A stretch of 61,976 nt of DNA from Octopus bimaculoides (lineage: Eukaryota). This document shows positions 49,301 to 61,610 of this stretch, piece after piece. The notes below the pieces were generated by a model. That model saw only the letters and a list, made by a program, of their open reading frames with translations, made no database searches and was not told the origin of the DNA. Position numbers and translations under genes: made by a program. The DNA lies in the NCBI RefSeq assembly GCF_001194135.2, contig NC_068982.1:84765693-84827668 (forward strand), given 5' to 3'. The first letter of the stretch is position 1; each line of letters starts with the position of its first letter.

Positions 49301-50414
49301 ATATATATACTGTATATTATATATTATGACATTTATTTCAATTAGCTATTATACATTTTATTACATTAAGAAAATAATTATTTGATAAATAATTAAATTA
49401 AATTAAGAAATTATGAAGTACGCCATAATAATAATAATCTTGTATAATTTTAATTTATAAATACCTTGTAAAATACTCTTCCAGCTCTTTATGGCTGGCC
49501 AAAATCATCCTACTGAGAGTGCAGTGGGACATTGACGTCTTGCTGGGGTTCAGCATCGTGATCAGGCCAACCAAGGTGGAGGACTCCACTACATGCAGCA
49601 GGTCTACAATCCTTCTGTCCACCATAGACCAACGGACACCAGTGCCAGTAGTTTGGGCAAATACTTTGCCAATGTCAGGCTGGAGTGCTTTCTTTGCACA
49701 TGACTGTGACAACTGGTTAATGACACTGCTATTGGAAGATTGTCTGTGTTTCCCAAAGGAAGAGCTGGCCTTGATCCTCTCCTCAAACTGGATGGCATGC
49801 GCTGGGTGTTTCCTCTTGACATGCGACTTCAAGCTGTAGAGGCTCGCCACTTGTCCCTTGATGGTGATCTCCTTGGGATGGCACATGATGCACTGGAAGT
49901 ACAGGATTTTGGCATTCCTCTTATCCTTTGATGTAAGGACAAAATAGTCCTTTATGTGGGCCCACAGGTTTTGAGACTCCTGGCTCTCAACCTGAGTGAC
50001 CTCTGCCTCACCCAAAGCCATTACAGACTCCTTAACAGGCCCTTCATCCTCAGGCTGAACAAAAACATCACCTTCCATAACAATAAGCAATAACTTTATA
50101 AGCTGATAACATACACTGCTGTCGCTGACACTGTGGGACTGTCTGTAATATGACAACATCACAAGTGAATACAACTCAAAACTGCAGAATTACACAATGC
50201 TGCGTCAACTAATTATGTCTTCAAGACACATCCACAACAGACAGGAACAAACGTATTAATTTTGTTAGCGGAACCAACTTTAGCAGAAGCTAGTTGATCT
50301 AACAGTTTCCAAAGTTAGTGAAAACACTAATCTGCAAAAACAAAAAGTTAGCTTCACTAATTAGCTGTTAGCATACTAGTAGAACCATGCCCACCTCTGT
50401 ATGTATATGTATAT

Positions 50415-50691
50415 TACTCTTTTACTTGTTTCAGTCATTTAACTGTGGCCATTCTGGAGCACCGCCTTTAGTCGACCAACTTGACCCCAAGACTTATTCT
50501 TTGTAAGCCTAGTACTTATTCTATCAGTCTCTTTTGCCGATCTGCTAAGTTACGGGGATGTAAACACACCAGCACCGGTTGTCAAGCGATGGTGGTGGCG
50601 GTGGGAACAAACACAGACACACAAACATATACACACACACACACCATCACCACCATCGCTTGACAACCGGTGCTGGTGTGTTTACATCCCC
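50415..50691. mobile_element. Tail-to-tail pair of SINE copies
   Basis: 50554-50597 is the exact reverse complement of 50648-50691. Confidence 0.75.
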
Positions 50692-51480
50692 NNNNNNNNN
50701 NNNNNNNNNNNNNNNNNNNNNNNNNNNNNNNNNNNNNNNNNNNNNNNNNNNNNNNNNNNNNNNNNNNNNNNNNNNNNNNNNNNNNNNNNNNNNNNNNNNN
50801 NNNNNNNNNNNNNNNNNNNNNNNNNNNNNNNNNNNNNNNNNNNNNNNNNNNNNNNNNNNNNNNNNNNNNNNNNNNNNNNNNNNNNNNNNNNNNNNNNNNN
50901 NNNNNNNNNNNNNNNNNNNNNNNNNNNNNNNNNNNNNNNNNNNNNNNNNNNNNNNNNNNNNNNNNNNNNNNNNNNNNNNNNNNNNNNNNNNNNNNNNNNN
51001 NNNNNNNNNNNNNNNNNNNNNNNNNNNNNNNNNNNNNNNNNNNNNNNNNNNNNNNNNNNNNNNNNNNNNNNNNNNNNNNNNNNNNNTATATATATACAGT
51101 TGTTGAAGAGGAGTTAAGAGTTCATACAAATAAAAAAATTATGGTTAAAAAGGTAAAGTTGGAAAAGGCACAAAAAAATATTTTAGAGAATGTTTAATAT
51201 TTCTGTCACAGTATGTGATTTAAAATATAACAGGTTTCAATGTATCAAATTGTAAAAACTAACACTTCCTTTATAAGAGCTGAGATTTGAAACCGAATCT
51301 AAGGATTCTTGCTCATCTGATCCACCACTGACCAAACAGGCACGAAAGAAATTTCTTGTCCTGTCAAACAATGATGGATGGTTTCCCTTCGACCTCCCAC
51401 TTGTCATTTAAGATTCAAGTGGTCAGGAGCCGACCTACATAGGTCCGAAAGAAGAAGCACAATCTAAGATGTAGAGCAGT

Positions 51481-51718
51481 ATATATTAAAAATGGGAAAG
51501 GCCGGTTTATGGGATTAACTTAGGTTTCCCGTCTATAATGGGTTTAGCTTTATAGCGTATCGTCAGATCCCAAAAACTTATTGGCCCATGACCTCCATAT
51601 TTTTAAGAGGTCATGGCCAGCAGGATTTTAGGATCTGACAATACGCCAAAACTAAACCCTTTATGGACAGGAAACCAACGACAATCCCACAAACCGGCCT
51701 TCCCCATTTTATAAATAT
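51481..51718. mobile_element. Foldback/MITE: ~115-bp arms with an 11-nt loop
   Basis: AAAATGGGAAAGGCCGGTTT.TGGGATT..GGTTTCC.GTC.ATAA.GGGTTTAG..CGTAT.GTCAGATCC..CATGACCTC is mirrored about CATATTTTTAA (51596-51606). Confidence 0.85.
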
Positions 51719-51777
51719 NNNNNNNNNNNNNNNNNNNNNNNNNNNNNNNNNNNNNNNNNNNNNNNNNNNNNNNNNNN

Positions 51778-51810
<33 letters not shown>

Positions 51811-51832
51811 CTCCTAGAAGAAGGCTAACCTG

Positions 51833-51914
51833 TATATAAAACTCGCTGCTCTACTGAGCCGAGTATCTTGCACTTTCCTTGCCTCTGAGCTCATTGGTAT
51901 TGCTTGTGGTGAGT
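51833..51914 (+). promoter_or_regulatory. Candidate TATA core promoter, short first exon and splice donor in a CpG-rich island
   Basis: TATATAAAA at 51833-51841; TG|GTGAGT donor at 51909; about two dozen CpGs in 51841-52220. Confidence 0.4.
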
Positions 51915-54900
51915 CGTCGCGTTGTGCAAACCGCGCTCGACTTCAAACCTTTGTACTGGCATTGCCGACACTCTTGTTAGCGATGATCACGCTCGTCTAA
52001 CGAGTACATAACCATCACACATACACATCCATGTTTAGGTAGTCACGATTTCCAGAACAGTATGGGACAATTGGATTTCCCCATTTCGAAATATCACGAA
52101 ACTGCACGCTTCACCATTCATTACCTTGCACATTCAAGGGATAGTTGTAAATACTTCGTGGTTCCCGATGTCACAGCACATTAACTTAACTAAGCACCCG
52201 CGCGAGCGCGCACATACACATATGTGTGTGTTTATGTGTAAATCTGTACATGTGTATGTGTGTTACATGAATCTGTGTAAGCATAAACTATATGTATGTC
52301 TAATGATAATTTCAGAGATAGGAGTAAATGATGGATACAAGATGGGAATATATACTGTAGTCAGTCCAACAATAGTGATAGAAACGACAACAGTGATGAC
52401 GAAAAATAAATCAATACTTACTCCTTCGTGAAAAGTGAATTTTGTTGAATAGAGCAACGCTGTTGACGGTTAGATTTAACCAAACACCAACTTCATAATC
52501 ACACGTAGTAGAACAAGTTGTAAAAGGATGGTTGTAGTTTTGTTACATCATATTACCAGATATGTTCGTAATATTTTGAAAGAACGGTTCAATAAAATTA
52601 TATTTCAAAATTGAAGAAGCAAGTCAGAATTGTTTCTTGTTGATAGTGTTGATGTAAGTTATTTTCTTTATTTCAACTTCCCTTTCGTCTGTTTGTCTTT
52701 ATCTCTTTACGGGATACTGACAAAAAAAAATTGTTCTCTCATTGGACCCAGCAACGTTAAAATGATAAAATAACAGTGAGGCGTCTTTGTGTCTGAATGT
52801 GGGCGGGGAATGGAATCAGATTAGGACACTTAGAATTATCTCCCCTTAGCACACTGTTGGAAATATGTGCAATTACTGCAAGCGTGTTGATTGCTGTAAA
52901 CATTTGATATTTTAAACATTTATTAGTTTTTGCAAACATATATTTGCCATTGTAAACATGTATCTACAAATGTAAAATATATTGGCTATTGTGAACGTGT
53001 ATTACCCATTGTAAATACGAATAGGTTAATATAAACTGTTAGACCAGCTATTTTCTCACTATCCAAAACCATTTGACTTGAAATCCCTCGTTCTTATTAT
53101 TGTCCCTCCCCATTCACATTTTACCTTTACTCCACCACCATACATCTCTCACTCTCCGCGTGTACTATAACTTACCTCGACCCCCACACTCTTCCAACCT
53201 ACATGCCAATACATCATCTTTTTCTCATCCATCCCCTGAATGCTGTATCATTGGTGCAATTCTGCTGCACTTCACCCTTTTCTGTACTGTCAGCTAACAC
53301 CTATTCTCCCCTACCTTTCCCCTAATTCATATGTATTATCAATCACCCCTCCGCCCTTGTTCATTATTCACTACATCCACCTTTCAACCCTATCCAATTT
53401 CCATACTCATCGGCTACACTTCCCTACTTTCTCTCCAATGTATATTTATCAACCTACCATCACCCCTTGTTCATTTATTATATTCATCCCCTTATCCATT
53501 CCCCATCTCTAACCATCCCTCACTTTTGCTATATATTTTTGTAACATCTACCCACCCACACTTCCTGTTCTGCCTCCACTCCTATTCATCTTCTGGTACC
53601 TTCATGATCCACCCTGACACTTCAGCACTACCTTCTTTATTTCTCTTTCCAGTTCCACCCCAGATACTTCCACCCTTTCTTCAATAATGTGAGTAGCCAT
53701 GTAGCTCCTCTACAGCAAAAACCTGTTCTGTTCTGGTTCCTTCATACATTAACCCCTCATTTCCTAGCATAAAGTTGCCTCACTCAATCAAAGGGATCTT
53801 AGTCTTGCAAGCTCCATGACAACCTCACTAGTGCTGGTGCCACAAAAAAACTATTCAGCCATTGTAAAGAAGATAGTATTAGGAAGGGTATCCAGCCATC
53901 AAAACCATGCCAAAGCAGTCATTAGAGAAGTTGTTAGGCTTGTCAGATCCTGTCAAATCAGCCAGCCATTTTAATATCCATGAAAGATGGATATTGAGAG
54001 ATGATGATTAAATACTTTGATTCATATTGTATAATAGTGCACAATCTTAAAAATAAATCACAGAGGTACCATAATTATTATAGAAATAAATGGCTTGATA
54101 CAATTATTTATTAATGGAGGTTATAAAATTAACACTGAACTTGAGAATAGTCAGCCATGTGAAATCCTACAAATTTATATTTTTTATTGAAACTTAACAC
54201 ACCAGTGATCTTTAATGTCTAACTATATCATACAATGAATGAACAATTAAAGTATTGTAATACTATTTACATATGTTAGAGAATGATTGAGTCTAGGATT
54301 GACATATTAGTAGTCTTGGTTGGAAGCACTGTTTGCTAGTAATGGTGCTATGACAAATGTTTATCAATAAACTTGCTAGAATAAACATGCTATCATTAAA
54401 ATTATGGGGTGATCTAATTTTTTCAGTGTATCCCCTCTATTTTTAAAGGGGTTGGATGTGAACTGAGAGATTTTTGCTGTTATTTCTAGCATGTGAAAAT
54501 GGTGATGTAGAGGCTCCATGTTATAATAAAGTAAACTGGAAATTGTTGGTAATAGTTACTTAGTCATGTAATAGCACAGACAAAATATTTTAAAATAAAT
54601 CTCAATTATTTCAAAATTATCTTCATTTATTCAATGTTTGAGTGGTGCAAGTGCAATAAACGTTTTTAAAAATCATAATTAATGGAGCACAAGTTTCAAT
54701 TTAGGTGGCAGAAGTAAAACACAAAGGAAATAAAACTTCGTGCAAAGTGTACAATGTTGAAATGCAAAATTGATTTAATAAATTATACTTATTCAACTAA
54801 ACAAAAAAGTCTGTTGTAATAAACTCAGATTCAACAAACTATTGAAACAGTTTTCCCAAGTAACAAAATTAGGACTACTGTTAGCAGAGTTTGTCATGTA

Positions 54901-55759
54901 AGTTTTCATAGCATTGATCACGCAGAAGTTATCAATAAAATGAGCATTTATCATTATTTGCAGCTGATGTAATTCTGTACTGAAAATATTGCTATTCCTC
55001 CCTCGTTAATGAAAATTAAAATTCTAGATATAAGTAATCGGAAAATTTCCTTCATTTCAGATAAGTCATCTGACAGCATTTGTGAAAAACATTTATGCTT
55101 GAATACTATCAATTAAATTAGAAACAACTTACACTATGTGTGTATGTGTGTATACATTCCTACCTACATATATACATACATACATACACACGCACACACA
55201 CATATATACATATATATATATACATGCACATACATACCTACGTACATATACACATATATATATATATCATCATCATCATCATCATCTTTTAACATTCGTT
55301 TTCCATGCCTAGTGAGTGGATTTAGTAGATGGAAACTGAAAGAAGCCTGTTGTATATATATATGTATCTATTTGTGTGTATCCTTGTGTCTGTCCCCCAC
55401 TACCATTTGACAACCGGTGTTGGTGTGTTTATGTCCCCATAACTTAGTGATTTGATAAAAATGCTTAGCAGCATTCTGAGTAAAAAATCTGCAGAGTTTA
55501 ACTTTGCCTTTCATCTGTTTGGGGTCAATAAAGTAAGTACTAATTGAGCACTGGGGACCACATTTTTTCCTATTAGCATTACTTTTATACATGTATTGTA
55601 TAGCATAAATGCTTGTATAGCTGAAAGACCTTCTAAGTATGCAAGTACTTGTCATTTATTATATGTTTATTCTTTTAATACTATTATTGCTTTTTCATTT
55701 TATATATTTTCTTGTTCTTCTCTATTGGTTGTTACCTGTCTTACTCTGTCCTTCATGTT

Positions 55760-56200
55760 CACTCATTCATACCTCAGTAACTTTATGCTGCTGAATTGAA
55801 CAATATTATTATCAAGGCATTGAAATTGTGGTGCTTTTTGATTGATAACTGATGTGGAGTGAGTATGTCTCATCTTTTGTGTTTTTTTTTTCCTATTTTC
55901 CATATGTTCCATCAGTGTCTTCCTGTGCCACATTTTACTATGTTTTATATTAGGTGTGCAACTATGAGAGACCATTAAAGTGTGCCTGTTGAACATTTTT
56001 CTGTACTTCAGTGTCTGTGAAAAATACTTGCCTGCTTCTAAGGAATGTCCTACTTTCACAAGTCTTAATATTAGGAGAAAATAGAGGTGTGAACTAAATG
56101 GCCCTACGGTAGTTTTTGTCTTTGTTGGGCAAGGCTGAAGCATATAACTAATACTGTCCTTGAAAATGCTAGCAGCCAGGGCTTCATTATATATATAAAA
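55760..56200 (-). pseudogene. Naiad-type PLE RT-thumb/linker remnant
   Basis: KTKTTVG..LRLV..KYF..KYRKMFNRHTLMVSHSCTPNIK..H.K.L..QCLDNNIV resembles the region preceding the Naiad CxC-CPL-C endonuclease. Confidence 0.5.
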
Positions 56201-56901
56201 AAAATTATTTCCCTCACTCCCGGTCCATATACATATCCACAAATATAATCTTCATCCCACTTTCTACCCCTAAAATCTCTCTCTTTCTTACCTTTACTGC
56301 TTCACCTTCCCTACTTACAAATACACATGAGACAGCTTTTATTTTAATGACTGGATGGGTTAAATTCAGACTTCACATATTGTCTGTGATTTTCCAGGGT
56401 TTTTTCCTTTACAGTCTTTCACCAAAGATTCTGTGACTTGCTAGTCAAATGCCTTCAATACAAAAGAGCTGAAGCTAAACATTTTCAATCAGTCATGTCT
56501 GATGAGTATTTAATTGACCTTCCATTATAGGGACGATTAATTATTTATGAAACTCCACAGTACACTTTGAAAAGTAGTGGTGTTAGAAAGTCTGGTGCAG
56601 CCCCTGGCCATACCAGCTCCCATCAAGCCATCCAGCCTATGACAGCATGGAAAACAGATCTTTTATCTTTTGTCTTTTATTCTTTTACTTGTTTCAGGCA
56701 TTTGATGGCAGCCTTGTGGGCACCCCCTTGAAGGGTTTTAGTTGAACAAATCAACCCCAGGGCTTATTTTTTTTAAGCCAAGTATTTATTCCATCAGTCT
56801 TTTTTGTCAAATCGCTAAGTTATGGGAACATAAACACACCAACACCAGTTTTCAAATAGTAGTGGAGGACAAACACAGACACAAAGACACATACACACAT
56901 A

Positions 56902-58010
56902 CAGTGATGCCATTTAATTTAAAAACACTAGTATACTAATGCTAAAATGGCATTTCTTATATATTCAAGTTGTAAATTGTGAATTAAGATGTATATCAAG
57001 ATAAAGAAAATTTCATGAGCGTTAATATAGTATATAACTTTACAGTGTAACCTCAACATATTAATTTTAAGTTAAAAATAAATCTTTACCATAATTTAGA
57101 GTTTCCATTTAATTTAAGAACAATTTGTAAAATTTCGTTTTTTTACTTTAAAAAGTTTATTCTGAGATCAACAAAAAAGCAATAAGCTCACACAGTCAGT
57201 ATTTGCTTGCGTATCCAAAATTACTTAATACTGCTTTGCATCTGCAAAACATAGAATTGTTCGGATTATTTATCAGTTCCTGAAATTTTTTCCCAATTTT
57301 GGCTGATAACGTTTTAAAAAAATCATCCTTATTCTGTGGTTTACTACTTTGCACAGCTCTACTCAACCTTTCCCAAAGATTTTTGATGGGATTTAGGTCA
57401 GGCGACTATGCCAGCTACTGCATCAACTGAACTCGCTTAGACCTAATGTAATCTCTGACTAGGTGCAAGATGTGTTTCGGGTCATCATGCTGGAAAGTCC
57501 AAGATTGGACCAAATGCTTTCAGGTGTATGGAAGCATAGTCTTATCCAATATTTCTAGATAGGACTCACTATCCATAATGCCCTTGATTCAGATTACAGG
57601 ACCGATACCTTTTCCAGACATGCACCCCCACACCATCACACTTCCAACACCATGCTTAATTATAGATTAGATGCATTCTGGATGATATTCTTCACCTATA
57701 CGCCTTCTTACATACTGCTATCACTGATGAATAAGTTGAACGTTGATTTGTCTGACCACAACACATTCAACCAATCTGCCAGACTCCAATTCAAAAGCTC
57801 TTTTGTGAACTGCATTCAGGCATGTCAATTTTTTAAAGAAATGTATGGCTTTTTGCTAGAGACTCTTCCTAGAAGTCCAAATTCTTTGAGACGTTTTTTT
57901 ATGGTGGGCACTCCAATGGTAAGTCCATATTTTTGCCTACTTTCTTTTAAAATGTCAACAATGGTCATTTTTCGTTTTTTTTTTAGGGACAGTCAATGAA
58001 TGTATCTATC
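56902..58010 (-). mobile_element. Tc1-type (DD34E) transposon, decayed, one TIR visible
   Basis: TA-CAGTGATGCC terminus at 56902; RVSSKKPYISLKN; VLWSDKSTFNLF; KHGVGSVMVWGCMS; FQHD.DPKH..SPDLNPIKNLW (catalytic E changed to K). Confidence 0.85.
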
Positions 58011-58189
58011 CATTCTTGCCATTGTTTTTCTTGGTTACCCCGGCAAAGTCAACCTCGACAGAATTTTAACTCAGAACATAAAGACAGGTGAAATACCACT
58101 AAGCATTTTGCTCAGTGTGCTAATGATTCTGCCAGCACACTACCTTAATAATAATAATTTATACATTTACTTTTAATTCCAACCACCCG

Positions 58190-59530
58190 ACGATGACATC
58201 ACATTTTGTATATGACTGTGTATCTGTCTGTGAATGCATGTGTATCAGTGTGCATATGTCTCAGTATGTGTGTCTTTCTGCGTTAGGTATGTTATTAAAC
58301 ACATTATATGTATGTGAGGGCTGGTCAGTGTCAATACGAAATTTTATTTTCATTTCGCTTAAAACAATATAACATTTCATAGAGATAATCTTTCTATTTA
58401 TGGAGATGTACTTGAATAGCAAGTGACTTGATATAAGATTGTGTGCTCGGAACATATATATATATATATATGTATAAATATATAAAAGGATAAAGAGAAC
58501 AATGGTAAAGTTAGAAATATATATATATATATAAAACTTTCGATGGATGCCAGTGCCCCTGGACTGGCTCTTGTGCAGGTGGCACATAAAAGACACCATT
58601 TCGAGCGTGGCCGTTTTCGTGCAGGTGACACGTAAAAGCACCCACTACACTCTCTGAGTGGTTGGCGTTAGGAAGGGCATCCAGCTGTAGAAACTCTGCC
58701 AAATTAGATTGGAGCCTGGTGTAGCCATCCGGTTGCACCAGTCTTCAGTCAAATCGTCCAACCCATGCTAGCATGGAAAGCAGACGTTAAACGATGATGA
58801 TGATGATGATGATATGTGTGTGTGTGTGTCATAATGTAATTTTTGAGGATTAAAACAATGCAACATTGGCACTAGTTCCGTATTATGTATCAAAACTCAA
58901 AGAATAACAGTGAAAGAATAACATCTATATTGTAATGTGATATAGTTTCACTTTTATACTTTTACCTTTAATTCTAACCACCACCATGATGACACATTTC
59001 ATATATGACTGTGTACCTGTCTGTGAATGCATGTGTGTGAGTGTATGAGTGTGTATATGTTTCACAGTGTGTGTGTCTTTCTGCGTTAGGTATGTTATTA
59101 AACACACTATATGTATGTGAGAGCTGGTCAGTGTCAATACGAAATTTCATTTTCATTTCGATTAAAACAATATAACATTTCATAGAGACAATCTTTCTAT
59201 TGTCAACAGGACATTTTATACCACAATGACATCACATTTTGTATATGACTGTGTATCTATCTGTGAGTGTATGTGTGTAGGTGTATGAGTGTGTATATGT
59301 CTCATAGTGTGTGTCTTTCCGCATCGGGTACGTTATTAAACATACACATACATATGTAATGACTGACATGCATGAATGTATGTCTCTGTGTGGCTATCTT
59401 AGTACACATATGTGAGTGTATGTCAGGAACATTTCATACCACAAAGACATCACATTTTGTATATGAGTATGTATATGTCTATGAGTGCGCTTGTTTCTGC
59501 GTCACAAATGTTACTAAACACACACACACA
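58190..59530 (+). repeat. Decaying ~240-bp repeat array (about four copies) interrupted by an RTE tail at 58545-58815
   Basis: ATGACATCACATTT..TATATGACTGTGTA..GTCTTTCTGCGTTAGGTATGTTATTAAACAC starts near 58192, 58986, 59226 and 59446. Confidence 0.8.
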
Positions 59531-60396
59531 CACACACCTTCACATACATATACATATGTGACAACTGACATGCCTGAATGCATGTATGTGAGTTCTAGAA
59601 AAAAACAATGAGGTGGTAAGGTCCAAGGTATATATAAAAATACACATTTACTGTTCCATTACCAGTTAATAATTATCGCAGCAGTTGCAAGGTAATTACA
59701 ATTACATATTTACCCTTACATTAAGAAATTTATCCTATATATATATATAATTCTTTGTCTCTCTCTGTAATGATTATTGTGCTATTTGTTGTTAAATTAG
59801 CAGTTCCATGCAAGTGCTTCTATTTTGTTAATTTACACTACATACAAAAATACAGAGATACTATATTCATACCATGCAGTAAGCCATTATGCCTTATTTT
59901 TTCAAGTAATTCATCACTACATATTCTCATGTGACCGCATAGGCTCACTTTATGTTTCTTATTCTACAGTCACACCAGCAATCCGATGTCAACCCTTCAC
60001 CTTCTGCAACATTTCAGCAGTTCACTTCCCCGTTGCCGTCTCCCATAGCAGCCCATTTTGAGAATGTACCCATTTACGTACAATATCTCCATTATACCTC
60101 CATTCATTTGATTGTCAACCATACGATGGGTTGTGTTAGACACAGCACTGACCACCTCAAAAGTGAGTATATCCACTGACAGCTTTTTGGTGAGTTCAAA
60201 AATTACATATCCCACCACTCTCAAATTTTCCATGATAGGCTAGGACATGGAGTCCTCAAAATGGATGTATTACATGTCACTTAGTCGAATTAGACCATCG
60301 TTTACTCCACAATTTTGTCATCAATACTGCACTTTCCCATATCACCTGTATTATAGAACATAACTATAATATATATATACAAACTACACCATTTTA

Positions 60397-60426
60397 ATCC
60401 AGAGCAATGCCGGGTATCTCTGCTAG
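60397..60426 (+). mobile_element. Degenerate Helitron 3' terminus
   Basis: CCAGAGCAATGCCGGGT..CTGCTAG-T, similar to 12208-12236. Confidence 0.5.
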
Positions 60427-60656
60427 TAAAAATAATAATAATAATGGTTTCAAATTTTGTCACAAGGGCAGCCATTTTGGGGGAAGGGTTAATCGTTTAC
60501 ATCAACCCCAGTGTTTCACTGGTACTTGGTTTATTGATTCCAAAAGGATGAAAGGCAAAGTTGATCTCAGCAGAATTTGAACTCAGAATATACAGACAGG
60601 CAAAATACCACAAAGCATTTAACCCAGCATGCTAAAAGTTCTGCCAGCTTGCCACC

Positions 60657-60689
<33 letters not shown>

Positions 60690-61201
60690 GTCCTGATACA
60701 ATACCAGGCACTAGCTCTCATAGCTTCTGGTCTTAACTGATTGGAAGTGTTGTTATGTACATGTTTTGTCTTGGCATAAAAGATGGGCTACAGCAAATAT
60801 TCTGCTCAATACCACAGATTTGCTTGTCAGTTGTGTGACCTCAAGCAGTTTGAGCATGTCTCTTGGTGGCTGATGTTATGTACATCCCTGATCATGAGCA
60901 AACGTAGTGGGGGAGCATCAGCCATGAGTTGAGAGGAATTCTTTGGAGTTTGAATAATTCACTTGTGGAAGCATGGGTGTTTTGTTCGACATCCTTAAAC
61001 AACCATTATTCAGGATCCTTTTGAACAGGATGGGCTCCTCAGCTTCAAGAAAATTCTAACTGGCCTCACCTGCAAGGTCATGTGCTGTTTATCTTGATAC
61101 GAGATCACCATGTTGCGCACATTGGGTTTCATATATTTGTACCCTAGAGTCACTTTTATGGCGTGTGCTACTCTCTCATTCAATAATAATAATAATAATA
61201 A

Positions 61202-61241
<40 letters not shown>
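60690..61241 (+). repeat. Unclassified retroposon-like 3' region ending in (AAT)n(AGT)n
   Basis: Complex sequence ending in a simple-repeat tail; no coding motif recognised. Confidence 0.35.
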
Positions 61242-61243
<2 letters not shown>

Positions 61244-61610
61244 GTAATCTTCAAGTTTAGGGGGGTAAAAAAAGTAAATAAAAATATTCAAGGGAAATAA
61301 CTGAACGACCTACCATTATTATCCGTTTTCTTTTAGCTGTTTATAAATAAATCACACACNNNNNNNNNNNNNNNNNNNNNNNNNNNNNNNNNNNNNNNNN
61401 NNNNNNNNTTTTTTTTTTTTTTTTTTTCTAAAACAGCATGCGACGGAATTTTTATAAAAGTTAAAAATGTTTTTTTCTTTTTACAAAACAGAAACGAAAT
61501 GGTTTGCAGAAGTACCCGATGGAACAGAGTCAAAAACAACAGGCAGAAAAGAAACAATTGTGCATGGAGAGAACTTTGTCGATGGAAATGATAATGAAAT
61601 TCAACAGATA

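Larger units (their letters stand above)
45135..50399 (-). mobile_element. hAT (Ac-like) transposon with BED finger; decayed, 3' end missing, contains an intron with nested TEs
   Basis: 5' terminus CAGAGGTGGGC at 50399; QCIMC..SLKSHVKRKH; WVTTTMNCW..SYLRMTVHW; IMTDNG; KCAAHIFNLV; PNSTRWNSTY; HPKFR. Confidence 0.88.

Noticed and set aside
54940-55080. Short minus-strand frame LSDDLSEMKEIFRLLISRILIFINEGG
   Set aside because: It is only about 40 codons long, with no recognisable family or convincing splice sites.
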